A stretch of 63,699 nucleotides of DNA, counting the filler, from Octopus bimaculoides (lineage: Eukaryota), in the NCBI RefSeq assembly GCF_001194135.2. It is 5 parts of 5 records of this genome, joined end to end, with 100 filler letters (N's around TTAATTAATTAA, not from the genome) between each part and the next. Parts side by side here need not be neighbours in the genome. Positions count along the whole stretch, not along the records: positions 1 to 9,834 come from NC_068983.1; positions 9,935 to 20,245 come from NC_068995.1; 3 more parts are not named here. One strand, 5' to 3'. The position numbers and the translations under genes were made by a program. Positions 1 to 11,940 of the stretch are shown piece after piece. A model generated the notes under the pieces. The model made no database searches, was not told the DNA's origin, and saw only the letters and a program-made list of their open reading frames with translations. Each line of letters begins with the position of its first letter. The stretch's first letter is position 1.

Positions 1-229
1 CATGAAATAAATTCGAATACAAAAATATTTTTCTGTTCTATAACACAAAATAGATAAGTATACGAAGTTTGAAAGTCTTTCGGCACCAAAAACACTATGT
101 AAAACATTAATGAAAAATGTGGCCCCCGTTTTAAAAAAGATCCGAAATTGGTTGCGTAGTTCTCGAGTTTTAGGGATTCACACAGACAGACAGACAGACA
201 GACAGACACACATTCTCATTTTTATATAT

Positions 230-234
<5 letters not shown>
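1..234 (+). mobile_element. Probable 3' end of a non-autonomous Helitron-like element
   Basis: aaattggttgcgtagttctcgagtt, then (ACAG)n, then ttttatatatatagat; same layout as Lep1/DINE-1-type 3' ends (pattern recognition only). Confidence 0.45.

Positions 235-235
<1 letters not shown>

Positions 236-274
<39 letters not shown>
236..274. repeat. (AG)n microsatellite
   Basis: Direct reading. Confidence 0.95.
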
Positions 275-277
<3 letters not shown>

Positions 278-484
278 TTGAAAGTTGTTTACGGGAAACG
301 TTTTGAATATGTTAAAAAGAATGCTCCTATTGTTTTATGCAGACCACAGTCTAATGATGCTAACTGGTGAACCAGTATTTGGAGTTGTATCGAGCTGTAC
401 TGAAATAATGTAGGCTAAATATAGTAACGATAATGATAAATTGCATCCATGGATTGTTATTATTATTATTACTGTCATTACTAG

Positions 485-700
485 GGCGGCGAGCTGGCAG
501 AATCGTTAGCACGCCAGGCGAAATGCTTAGCGGCATTTCGTCCGTCTTAAAGACGGTCTGTGTTCAAATTCCGCCGAGGTCGAATTTGCCTTTCATCCTT
601 TTGGGATTGATAAAATTAGTACCAGTTATGCACTGAGGTCGATGTAATCGACTTAATCCCTTCCCCCAAATTTGTGCTTCCTGCAGAAAGGATTATTATT
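485..700 (+). mobile_element. SINE family A
   Basis: ggcggcgagctggcagaatcgttagcacgcc...gttcaaattccgccgaggtcg...gataaaattagtaccag; tRNA-like head, more than 10 related copies in the window. Confidence 0.85.
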
Positions 701-789
701 TCTATATATATATAACTTGTGTGCATACGTTCATGTTTGTCCCCATCATCATTTGACATCCGACATTGGTTTGCTTCCATTCTTCCATT

Positions 790-878
790 CTAAATAAGTA
801 CCGAGGGGGAATTGTTTGACTAAATCTATCACGGCAGTACCCCAGCATGGCCGCAGTTCTGTTATTGAAATAAATAAC
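790..878 (+). mobile_element. SINE family C, 3' tail fragment
   Basis: ccccagcatggccgcagt tail shared with 15060-15397 and 62800-63150. Confidence 0.7.
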
Positions 879-903
879 ATGTGATATGTGCACGTGTGAA
901 GTC

Positions 904-1118
904 GGTGAGGTGGTAAAAACGTTAGCACACCGGGCGAAATGCTTAGTGGCATTTCGTCTGTCTTTACGTTCTGAATTAAAATTCCGCTAAATCGACTTTG
1001 GCTTTCATCCTTTCGGGGTCGATAAATTAAGTACCAGTTGCGTACTGGAGTCGATCTAATCGACTGGCCCCCTCCCCAAAAATTTTGGCCTTTGTGCCTA
1101 GAGTAGAAAAGAATATTT
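904..1118 (+). mobile_element. SINE family A
   Basis: Aligns with 485-700 over about 200 bp. Confidence 0.85.
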
Positions 1119-1619
1119 GAGAGAAAGAGAGAGTTTAAGGAACTACATATCTTCATATAGTCACGTCAATTTATCGACTGGTTTTTCGCTAAATATTTTG
1201 AGTAAACATCCCTCTAATTTCAATCTAATGAAAGGAAAATTTCTTATCTCTACACAACACTTATAAATATAGAATAGAGATTATATACTTCCAACACCTG
1301 TTTACAGAATAGGGAAACCACATATGCTTCGAGATGCTATCCACCTGAGAGCCCGATTAACCAATCTCTAGATGAACCATAGTAAAATTCATCTAGTACG
1401 CAGATAATAAAAAAGAGGAAATGAGTGGTTTGATTTCAAGAAGAAATAAATATAGCTATTATTACAAAACATATCGTTAACCATATTAAATTGTTTTGTA
1501 TAAGAAATTCGCTTCGCAATCGACACGTCAAGCGCTTCCGGCTTCGATCTACCGGCGCGACATCTTGAGAAAGTAACCTTATAACAGTCTCCTTACACAC
1601 TTACACGCGCACAAACACT

Positions 1620-1652
<33 letters not shown>

Positions 1653-1747
1653 ATACACATACACATATACATAAACATATGTATGTGTGTGTATATAACA
1701 TTCATTCATAAGTATACATATGTATATGCCTATATATGAAGAGACGC

Positions 1748-1890
1748 ATTGAGTAGTGGCTAGAGCATTGCATTCTTGATCGCTAGATAGTGGTTTCGAT
1801 TCTTGAACCGGGTGATGTGTTGTGTTCTTCAGCAAGATAGTTTATTTCATGTTGCTCCAGTCCACTCAGCTGTCAAAAATGAAGAAACCA
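1748..1890 (+). mobile_element. SINE family D (partial)
   Basis: tRNA-like head ending ggtttcgattc, then gttgctccagtccactcagctg core shared with 5062-5325 and 45921-46109. Confidence 0.75.
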
Positions 1891-1946
1891 GCAAAAGGCA
1901 TAATTTATCTTAAGTATCGCAACGTTAATACGCGTTAGATTGATCA

Positions 1947-2528
1947 CTAGTACAGAGAGACAACAGGGTAACGCCGTAGTTGGATAGCTAAAAGAAGTAA
2001 ACAGTGAGGAGGCCCTTGGAAATCCTCATTTAAAAATCCCAGAAAGGTTTTTTCTAAAGTTCAAAAGACCTAGCGGTGTTGTTTTTTTTTTGTTTTGTTT
2101 TTTTATAGATAGATAGATAAATAGACAGACACAAAGAGGGCACCTACTGGTGGCATGTGGTCTGTGCTGAGTATAGCTTTGTTGCTAGTTTAAGGGGTTA
2201 AGTTCTCTTCTTTGAGTTCGTGTTCATGTTTGTATTAAAACCTTTCAGACGAACCTCAGCGTCTTTTCTTTTTTAATTTTTCAATATTTTAATTTTTCAT
2301 TTTGTCATTTTTCTACATTTTTTCTCGTTTTTTCTTCATTGCTCAATTCTGTCATCTTTAATTCTTAGCTTTTAGTTTCCCAATCGCTAATTGCTAACTT
2401 CTCAAATCCCTTCCTCCTACCCATTCCTTCTATCTGTTCATTCCTCCTAACTTAGCTTTGTTTCTCTTGGCATAGCACTCCCTCTTACCATCTTACTACG
2501 GCGTTACCCTGTTAGCTCTCTGTACTAG
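1947..2528. repeat. 582-bp unit bounded by 34-bp inverted repeats
   Basis: 1947-1980 ctagtacagagagacaacagggtaacgccgtagt versus reverse complement of 2495-2528 ctagtacagagagctaacagggtaacgccgtagt (32/34). Confidence 0.75.
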
Positions 2529-2714
2529 ACCGCAACTATGTTGCCTGAGATACACCAATACCTTATAGATTCCTTACTGTTTCGGAATTGTATTGTAGTC
2601 AGGACAGAATAGAATTGAGTTGCTTTTCTCTTAGTTGTTTTGATGACATACGAGACAGGCCTTTTCCATCATTACGCATTGTTGCTCTATAGGCACATGT
2701 AACTTTAATCTTTT

Positions 2715-2880
2715 AACTTTTACTGGCTTCGGTCATTAGATTGCGACCATGCTGGGGTACTGCCTTGAAGAATTTTAGTCGAATGAATCAACCCAAGTAG
2801 TTACCTTTTGCCGAACCACTAAGTTACAGGGTCGTAAGCACACCAACACCGGTTGTCAAGCGGTGTTGGTAGGGGACACA
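2715..2880 (-). mobile_element. SINE family C, 3' half
   Basis: gcgaccatgctggggtactgcc...caccaacaccggttgtcaagcggtg is the reverse complement of the family C body and tail. Confidence 0.8.
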
Positions 2881-2947
2881 CACAAGCAAAACGACACGCA
2901 CGCACGCATACACATATCCATATATATATATACATATATAAAATATA

Positions 2948-4236
2948 TTATGTTATCCGGAAAGTTCTGAGTGTTTTTTTAATATGCAAAAAGGGATATA
3001 AATAATTGACCTTTCAATAAATTTTAATCGATGGAATAATTTCTATTATTATTAATGACCTTTGCTTATCTATCAATTTAAATATTTCAGCAGCATAAAA
3101 TTTGACTGGTTTTGAAGAAAAAAAAGTTAACGAGATGCATTTTGGCTCCATCTAAATCGTTAAATGTTTTTTCCTTGCAATGAGTTCTGTGGAGACAAAA
3201 ACAAGTGGTAGTCGGATGGCACAATATCTGGAGAATATGGTGGATGGGGTAAGAGATCCCAGCCAAGTTCATGTAACTTTGTTCGGATAGTCAAAGATAC
3301 ATATGGTTGGGCATTGTCTTGTTGCAACACTATCCCTTTCCCTTTGAAACCTCCGGCCTTAATTCTTTGGTTTTTTTTGTAAAATTCAAATTAGCCAGCT
3401 GATGACAATAAACATCAGAATTAATGGTCTGGTTTTGTGAGAGAAGTTCATGATAAATAATACCTTTATGTTCCCACCAAACACAGAGTATAGTGTTTGT
3501 GGTATGAATTTTTGTAATTGGTTGTTATTTTGGAGGTCCCTTACTCAAAAACCGGGATCTTTTTCGCACTACGTTTCCGTACATAATCCAATTTTCATTT
3601 CCAGTCACAAGTTGTTTCAAAAAAGCATGCTTCCATTCTATTTCAAAAGCATATCACAAACGGAATACCGGTCCAAGCAATTCTTTTCTGAGAGTTTGTG
3701 AAGGACCCATACATTATAGCGAGAATTATATACAAGCTTCATTAGGTTTTCATGAGCTTTACTTTTAGAAACTTCCAACTTCTTTGTAAGTACTCTGGTC
3801 GTGATATTTGGGTTTTCTTCGATTTTCACCTTCAGAACACCTTCATCCAATTTTGAAGGTCTTCCACTGCGACTGTCGTCTTCCAAGCTAAACTCTCCAC
3901 CTTTAAATTTTGCAAACCACCTTCGAACAGTTGATTCACCTACAGCATCATCACCATAAGCTTCACAAATGCTTTTGCAGGTCTTTGCAGCATTTTCTCC
4001 TTTTCTAAATCAGAAAAGCATTACAACGCTAATAAGAAACTTATGGTCATTCATTTCAAATGTTAATAAAAGATAACCGGAATGAAAGATAAATCTATTT
4101 TTAGTCAGAAACAAAGAAGATATACACTACCATTTCGAACAACGCCAAAGTTTTAACTGTGTTACGCTTCAAGTGTGTTCAATAATGCCTTAAAAGATTT
4201 AGCTTCAAAATGCTCAGAACTTTCCGGACAACCTAA
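2948..4236 (-). mobile_element. Full-length decayed mariner (DD34D-type) transposon, 1289 bp
   Basis: 24-bp TIRs ttatgttatccggaaagttctgag / ctcagaactttccggacaacctaa, TA on both sides; minus strand encodes GENAAKTCKSICEAYGDDAVGESTVRRWF...EDDSRSGRPS...WVLHKLS with stops and frameshifts. Confidence 0.92.
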
Positions 4237-4457
4237 TATATATATTTTAAATTCAAATTACGATAAACGTAAACAAACAAACGAAGTTTGCTTTTAAAAG
4301 CGTTGAAATATCTTAGAAAGTTATAGAAGTGATTTTAAATTCTCAAACGCAGGATAATGCTAATAATATAGCCTGAACAGGATAAACTACTCCTATTTTG
4401 CAGAAAAAGTGTAGGCGGCCAGCCATAGTTAATATATATATATATATATATATACAT

Positions 4458-4627
4458 ATATAGACAAAGAGCTTCTTCAAGTGTCTGTCTACCAAATCTA
4501 CACACAAGGCTTTGGTCCACCCGAGGCTATTATAGGAGACACTATGCCAGGGTGCCACGAAATGGGACTGAATCCGAACCGATGTGGTTAGGAAGCAAGC
4601 TTCTTACCACACAGCCACGCCTGTGCC
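4458..4627 (-). mobile_element. SINE family C, 5' half
   Basis: Reverse complement reads ggcacaggcgtggctgtgtggtaagaagcttgcttcc...ggattcagtcccat. Confidence 0.85.
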
Positions 4628-5061
4628 TATTGTTGATGAAAAAAATATCTTGAGTTTTAGTTGAGTTCTGAGTTCAAACACTTCCATGGCCTACTTTAGG
4701 GGTAGGCTTAATCAATCCGGCCATGTTCTACTTGAGTGATAGATTTAATCCGTTGTCCGGTTTAATACCACCATCTGATAACTTAAGGTACGTTTTTATA
4801 GAATGGACTTTGCAAAATATACTAAGCTTGCAAGCTTTCGGTCCAAGTGTCTGGTTTGTGAATACTTCCTTCCCATAAGTTTCATCATCAACTTCATCAT
4901 GCCTTGGATGAGTCTTTTAACTCGTAGTCTCTATCACGAGTCTTTGAACTCGTAGGGGCAGTTGCTCAGTTTCCATGGTGTATAAAATGGTTGGTTGCGA
5001 TGTGAGAGAGATTTGACTCGGCATGTTGTACAACATCATCATCATCATTATCCTTGGACAT

Positions 5062-5325
5062 CGTTATCTCGAGCCCTAGGACTCATGGGACTGATTCCCC
5101 AGCTTTACGGGTTCCATATCGTATAAGTGACTCGGATCACAACATTCCACCTGAACGGGACTTCAGTCCGTTGCAGGGTTACTCATTTACATTCGAGTGG
5201 ACTGAAGTAACGTGAAATGAAGTGTTTTGTTCAATAACGCAATGCACCACCTATTCCTCGAATCGAAGCCACAATCTTACAATCATGAGTGAAACTCCCT
5301 AACCACTGAGTCACGCACCTTCACT
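5062..5325 (-). mobile_element. SINE family D
   Basis: Reverse complement reads ggtgcgtgactcagtggttaggg...cacgttacttcagtccactcg...gcaacggactgaagtcccg...gagtcctagggctcgag. Confidence 0.8.
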
Positions 5326-6349
5326 AAGTTTTCATACGTTTCGGAGGCTCTGTAAGGGGTCATGGACACTATCTTTTCTCTTGATAAAGTTGAAAACTGT
5401 CTAAAAGAAACTTATCTACTCTTAATCGTGAATCTCAATAAGAGGTTAGCCTATATTCGTTAATCCAGCATATATTTAAACACTCCATTTGGTGATCAAA
5501 TGAGCTTAACCTCTACGTAATCGTCTGACCTAATATAAATAGTAACCAAACAGTCTTCAAATTCTACCCTACCGTTTTTAGGAAAGAGAAATGTGAAATT
5601 AGGGATGCATTTTTGACAATATAAAAAGGTGGATTATTGTATCGCTTCGAGCATTTTTGTCCATAGGTCTACGGAATGTGCACAGATACTGGAATATACA
5701 AAGTAAGGGGAGCAAGAATAGCTAAATTCTTATAACACGTAAATGAACGATTATTTTGGATTACAAATGTAGATTGGTTACAAAGATAATCTCTGAAGCT
5801 CGATATAATTTCAGTGAGGATTCTTTACTGAAATTATTGTATTTTGGATAGAAAGAAAATTAAACGGTAACATATGTTACGTTTAGAATATCAACCGAGA
5901 GATACAGATCAGAAGATTTTAAGATGATGTTGTATCGAGAACCATGGAAAGATCGATAGTGTTGGTAAAATATAGTCAAGATTATCATCTAAAAGAAAGC
6001 AATGCAAATAAATCGAAGGTGGATTCGTAAATAACCGAATGATATAAATATACCTGCTACAAAGCAATACTACATTCATCTTTTGGCTTCGCCTGAGGTA
6101 ACCATGAATAATTGGCATTTGCTGGCTGTAACCGGTAAGCTGATCACATTTATATTTTTTAGAAACCTTTTTCTTTGCTACATTCTTATTTAATTATTTT
6201 CATGTAACTTTATGAATATAACACTTAGTCTGTGTACATATATACATCATTAGATTTCGAAATGAATTCTGATGTTTCTATGTCAGGTTAGACAATTTCA
6301 CTTACAAGTTATTTTCATCTCAGTATTTAAAAATAATAACAACAATACT

Positions 6350-7200
6350 GATTTCTTTGTTAACTAATAAGTGTTCATGCAAATAGCAAGGGTGGTACAG
6401 GACGATACAGTAAAATATCATATTCGCCAAAATGGGAGAGACGTACGAAGGCTGCTCGTGGAAACTCCACAAAACTACGTTTGTTTTGACCACGAGGACA
6501 AGTGCCCCCTCTTCAGCTGCTTCTATCAGTCTACAATTGCATGCTTAGAGCAGGTCCGTTTTCTCATATGTCATCCTTGCCACGTCCACCCAACTTTCAA
6601 TAAATTTGATGGTAGGCAGTACTTCTCGCTCCATCCTCACTTTCCTTTCGAAGTGAAATTTTAAAAGGTTGATGAGGACTTGGCGAAATAGGAAGGTATC
6701 TTCAGCCCTTTCAATGTGGTCCACCATGCAACCACTTTCGCTAAGGCCACCAGACAGATCAATGCTGCCCGATCTTTTTGGCTATAGGAAGGCGACTGGA
6801 CGATCTTCACACGGGACACAGCCGATAGTCGAAGCCATCTTACACGCGGCAGCAACTGTTCGATATAAACTCATATACAGTTATGCTCGGGCAGTGGACA
6901 AGTACGTACAGAACCGATTCGTTACTGTGCTCGCATCTCGAGTAAGCCGGACTGACGGCACTTCCATGTCCGGGTGGTTTAACTGAAGCAATCAGCACAA
7001 ACAGACCAGGGATTTCTGGAGTTAATCCATGGGTCCCGGCCTGAAAGTTCCACAGACATCTCTGGGTTTATTTTTGCTCCAGTCACGACTTTGTATTCCC
7101 TAAGAGCGTTGCCGATTACTTACCATGTGTTCGACATAATGACGGTGACATCGTCAGCGTATGTCAACATAGTTCTCCCTCAACGTCCCTCAACGATTTT
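6350..7200 (-). mobile_element. L1/Tx1-clade LINE 3' fragment, internally deleted and decayed
   Basis: Minus strand encodes LTYADDVTVIM (RT), later LICLVALAKVVAWWTTLKGLK and KFHFERKVRMEREVL...WVDVARM (ORF2 C-terminus); 3' end reads aacaaagaaatc. Confidence 0.75.
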
Positions 7201-7424
7201 AGTTTCAGCAGTAGTGGCTCTAAAATCAATCCTATTAGCAATAATTCTACTATTTATTGGCCAAAGGGGTACATACATGCTTACAATAACGTCTACGTGG
7301 GTATTATTAAAAACGTCAAATGCTGACAAATCATAAAAGAAAAACTCCTACAGTCAGTGCCGTTATGCGAGTACTAAACTAGTATATTATTTCATCGACG
7401 CTGAGGTGGGGGCGGAGGATATGA

Positions 7425-7527
7425 AACAATGTTGACCTCGTTGGGACTTAAGTTCAACACGTAAAGAGGCAGAACAAATACTGCGAGGCATTTTGCACAA
7501 CGCTCCTATCAATGCTGCTAATCCATC
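7425..7527 (-). mobile_element. SINE family A, degenerate 5' part
   Basis: gacctcgttgggacttaagttcaacacgtaaagag...ggcattttgcacaacgctc matches the reverse complement of family A. Confidence 0.6.
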
Positions 7528-7558
7528 AGCAGTAGCAGCACCAGCAGCAGCAGCGGCT

Positions 7559-7636
7559 GAAGAAGAAGAAGAAGAAGAAGAAGAAGAAGAAGAAGAAGAA
7601 GAAGAAGAAGAAGAAGAAGAAGAAGAAGAAGAAGAG
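7559..7636. repeat. (GAA)n microsatellite preceded by a short (GCA)n
   Basis: Direct reading. Confidence 0.95.
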
Positions 7637-8058
7637 GGTCGAAAATAATAGAAAATGCACATTTTCGTTGATGGTGTTTATAGTAGATATTCCACNNNNN
7701 NNNNNNNNNNNNNNNNNNNNNNNNNNNNNNNNNNNNNNNNNNNNNNNNNNNNNNNNNNNNNNNNNNNNNNNNNNNNNNNNNNNNNNNNNNNNNNNNNNNN
7801 NNNNNNNNNNNNNNNNNNNNNNNNNNNNNNNNNNNNNNNNNNNNNNNNNNNNNNNNNNNNNNNNNNNNNNNNNNNNNNNNNNNNNNNNNNNNNNNNNNNN
7901 NNNNNNNNNNNNNNNNNNNNNNNNNNNNNNNNNNNNNNNNNNNNNNNNNNNNNNNNNNNNNNNNNNNNNNNNNNNNNNNNNNNNNNNNNNNNNNNNNNNN
8001 NNNNNNNNNNNNNNNNNNNNNNNNNNNNNNNNNNNNNNNNNNNNNNNNNNNNNNNNNN

Positions 8059-8420
8059 CAGTGGTTAGGGCAGCGGACTCGCGGTCATAAGATTGCGGCT
8101 TCGATTCCCAGACCGGGCGTTGTGAGTGTTTATTGAGCGAAAACACCTAAAGCTCCACGAAGCTCCGGCAGGGGATGGTGGTGAACCCTGCTGTACTCTT
8201 TCACCACAACTTTCTCTCACTCTTACTTCCTGTTTCTGTTATGCTTGTAATTCAAAGGGTCAGCCTTGTCACTCTGTGTCACGCTGAATCCCCTTGAGAA
8301 CTACGTTAAGGGTACACGTGTTTGTGGAGTGCTCAGCCACATGCACGTTAAATTCACGAGCAGGTAGTTCCGTTAATCAGATCAACTGGAACCCTCGTCG
8401 TCGTAACCGACGGAGTGCCA
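8059..8420 (+). mobile_element. SINE family B (5' end cut by a gap)
   Basis: Near-identical to 17477-17845 over about 360 bp; B-box-like ggcttcgattcc. Confidence 0.9.
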
Positions 8421-8609
8421 CTTTCTTGCTAGCGTTGTTGTTGGTGGTGATGGTAGTGTTAGTCCCAATTGGGAGCAGATTGGGTTGACCAATCCTCAAA
8501 GGTATTCACGATCTGACCATTTCTCACTACAGTTTTATGTTCTTAGTAGCCTATGTACTGGCGTAATTTAAAGGTATGTTGTCTACCATCACTAATCAGG
8601 GACATTACT

Positions 8610-8760
8610 GTCTCGAGTCCTAGAACTCATAGGACCACTTTCCCAGTTTCCATGTGACCGCGATCAGAACATCCCATTTGAACGCGAGGCCAGTCCGGCG
8701 CAGGGTTGTTTATTTACAGCTAAATGGACTGAAATAACGCGAAATGAAGTGTTTTGCTTC
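8610..8760 (-). mobile_element. SINE family D, 3' part
   Basis: ctcgagtcctagaactcatagg...ccagtccggcgcagggtt...tggactgaaataacgcgaaatgaagtgttttg parallels 5062-5325. Confidence 0.7.
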
Positions 8761-9834
8761 ATTTTCACGAAGTGGGATTTCGTGCTGGCGACAATCTGAC
8801 ATGTTTCATCTGCTCGAATCACTGGTCATTCACTTTCTTTCATTTTCTTCTATTTTCGTTTCTTATCTTTCCTACATTCTCCTACAAACGGCATTACATT
8901 CTTACCTTACAATACTCTAACCATGTTACCTGGGAAAATAATGAAGGCGGCTATACGCAATATAAAACCAAAAAGAAAACATCCAGTTGTCACTAGTTGT
9001 GACTGGCGGTTCAGGGTAGAATCTACATAGCTAGAAATAAAAGCAAAAGAGCCCTTACAGCCACAGTAAGCACATGCTATATATATATATNNNNNNNNNN
9101 ATGTATGTATGTATGTATGTATGTATGTATGTATATATATACTACTGACTGGGGAGATAACTTCCCCACAGTGAGCGAGATTACTACAATATAGTTTCGT
9201 TCGAAAATTACAAACACATCTGTTGTCACTACTCCGTCGCCGGAAGGCTAGGCCAAATCCCAACTGATTTAACACAATGCTAAATTTTATAATTTTCACA
9301 TTAGCATTTTGCTAAGTCAGCCACAAGTTCATATGGTAAGTATATATACTGACACTTGTTATCCTACAACCTCAGTCACAACTAGTGGTAAGATGCTTGC
9401 TTTCCAACGACATGGTTTCGGGTTCAGTCCCACTGCGTAGCACATTGGGTTACACACAAGAGAGAAAACATGTTAAAAAGACAGGTCAGTTCCTCTCCAA
9501 TTTTTTGTAAATTCTTAAATATATCTCCTTCTGTGTATATATATACTACCAAACAAACATGATTTTTATTGAAACCCTAATACTTTTTGTTGGATACTGT
9601 CTTGTAAACTGTTTTTAACATTTTCTTATTATTATCAAAGAATGTATATATGTATTTTAATACTTTTGTGACAACCAGTACTTAACACAACAAAGCTTAT
9701 ACAAAGCTTTACATTTTACTTTTGACAATCTTTTTCTAAAAAAGTGAAACCGGTCAAGTGAATAATCATCTTTAAAATTGCATTTTCAAACCTTCTTTCA
9801 TATATATTTCCACTCGTGCAGTATCTTACAACTT

Positions 9835-9934
9835 NNNNNNNNNNNNNNNNNNNNNNNNNNNNNNNNNNNNNNNNNNNNTTAATTAATTAANNNNNNNNNN
9901 NNNNNNNNNNNNNNNNNNNNNNNNNNNNNNNNNN
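9835..9934. other. Artificial assembly join (44N-TTAATTAATTAA-44N)
   Basis: The same 100-bp block occurs four times; the 12-mer gives stops in all six frames. Confidence 0.9.
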
Positions 9935-10159
9935 TAATAAAAAAATATTCAGACAAATACATAACAAAAACACCAGGACTTACAAATATATATAACATAC
10001 AGAAAATTGCACTACTGGGCACAGCACACATCCTACGCAAAACACTTTCAATAAAGTAACCATAAGAGCACCACAGCAAACCGCAGCACATACCGAAGGC
10101 GCACAGAGCTGCGCTCGGTAGTGAAGTGAAAGCACGTTATAAAAATAAAACTACTGAAC

Positions 10160-10195
<36 letters not shown>
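9935..10195 (+). mobile_element. R4/Dong-type LINE 3' end with (AAT)n tail
   Basis: Encodes KYSDKYITKTPGLTNIYNIQKIALLGTAHILRKTLSIK*; 3' UTR nearly identical to 30360-30475. Confidence 0.88.
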
Positions 10196-10222
<27 letters not shown>

Positions 10223-10814
10223 AAGAAAATTGATTTCTTATTTAGGCACACAGCCAGATACAGGAATACAAATTAGTCACATGATAGTTTGTATAAATGC
10301 CTTTGTTCAAATGTCTACTCATTCAAAGCTGACCTAAAATTAAACAACAACAACAACAGCAACAGTAGCTACGGACGGACGAACAACACCAACGAAATCT
10401 AAAATGGAAAATGTTCCATTTGAATTGTCGTACTATTGTCTGGACAAAGGCAACTAGTTAATATTCAAAGAGCAAACCGAACAAAAGGGACAATATTACA
10501 CAATTTTAAATTTTATCGTTGAAATTTTGCTTATGTTTATACAATACAAACGTCCACCCCACCACCACCACCACCACCATCACACTTCCACACTGTTTCT
10601 GTTTTGTCGGGGGGTTTTTTTACGATATTCTTTCTTGAATTATAATTGGGAAAAGTTATTTTGTAATTTTTGCTTTTTCTTTTTGCTTTACTAAACTTCT
10701 TGACACTTACGTAATTCAACATGTTTTCTATAATCTTTATTTTATTATTTGTCTTTTTTTTTGTTGTTGTTTGTTTTTGAAATATTTAAAATTAAAATAG
10801 AATAGAAAATAACG

Positions 10815-11020
10815 ATTGTTTAATGCCACATCCAGTGATGTAGTTGAATAGCATTGAACATAATGTTGTGAAAGAAAGATATGTGAACTTCTGGAGATGA
10901 AGCAGATAGAACAAGATGTTTAAATAACGTAAGGAATTTTAATATGTAAAGTTGAACTGATAGAATTTCCAGTTGGCATTTGAAACAGAATAACGCATAG
11001 CGTTTGCTGAATTTATAAAC
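10815..11020 (+). repeat. Unclassified ~200-bp dispersed repeat
   Basis: Diverged inverted copy at 13275-13480, e.g. aaggaattttaatatgtaaagttgaac versus gttcaactttacgtattaaaatttctt. Confidence 0.65.
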
Positions 11021-11261
11021 AAGAGGTAAATAGCTAACGAGACTTGTTAGTTTGATTAGTCGGAGCAAGTTTGCCTGAGGAGATTACAAGAATGTCAAAA
11101 CACCGGGTGTCCCAGAGTCGCCTTTCTTTAATGAATCGAATATTTTGTGAGAACATATTCATCTGAAAGAAGTTGTTCTGCAATGAGGAAATACGACAGT
11201 GATTATTATATTCATGTTCGAAACTGCCGTAAAGTATTATGAAAGAATAACTTCTATATTT

Positions 11262-11420
11262 TATCTTTTACTTGTATCAGTCAATGGACTGCAGTCAAGG
11301 TGGAGCACCGCCTTGAAAATTTTAGCCGAGCCAGTTACTCCCAGTACTTATCTTTAAATCTGTTATCCTAGCGGTATCTTATAACTAAGTAGCAAACAAT
11401 CCAACACCGGTTGTCAGACC
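11262..11420 (-). mobile_element. SINE family C, tail fragment
   Basis: gactgcagtcaaggtggagcaccgccttg...ccaacaccggttgtca. Confidence 0.7.
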
Positions 11421-11742
11421 TTGCTTCCCAACCCCATGGTTCCGGTTTCAGTCCTACTGCATAGCACTTTGGGCAAGTGTCTTCTCTAATATATCCTTGG
11501 GTCAACCAAAGCCTTGTGAGTGGAACAGGTAGACGGGAACTGAGAGAAGCCCTTCGTATATAGGTATATATCTACGTGTCTGTGCTTTTTCTGCCTTTTG
11601 GTCCTCCCACCACCGCTTGACGACCAGTGTTGCTGTGTTTACGTCCCCATAACTTAGTGGTTCGGCCAAAGAAACCGACAGAATAAGTACCGGGCTTAAA
11701 ACAAAGTGCTGATATAGATTCATTCGACTAACAATTCAAGGA
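11421..11742 (+). mobile_element. SINE family C, near full length
   Basis: cttgcttcccaacc...gggcaagtgtcttct...caccaccgcttgacgaccag...gaataagtacc. Confidence 0.85.
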
Positions 11743-11786
11743 GAGGCAATAATATTTTAAAGCCAATATTAAATACTGAAAGTTAA

Positions 11787-11940
11787 AGCGGCGAACTGAT
11801 TGAATCGCTACTATGCCGGACAAAATGCTTAAGGGCGTTTTGTCCGTCAAGTTTTATCGACTTCACCTTTCATCCTTCCTGCCTTGATTAAAATGCGTAC
11901 CAGTTGAACGCTGGGGTCGATGTAATCGAGTTACCCACGA
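11787..11940 (+). mobile_element. SINE family A, degenerate
   Basis: gcggcgaactg...aaatgctt...cctttcatcc...ctggggtcgatgtaatcga. Confidence 0.7.

Noticed and set aside
1960-1972. aacagggtaa resembling part of the I-SceI site
   Set aside because: Only a 10-bp partial match; expected by chance.
9879-9890. TTAATTAATTAA as a biological palindrome or PacI site
   Set aside because: It always sits in the exact centre of a 100-bp N block, so it is a synthetic linker.
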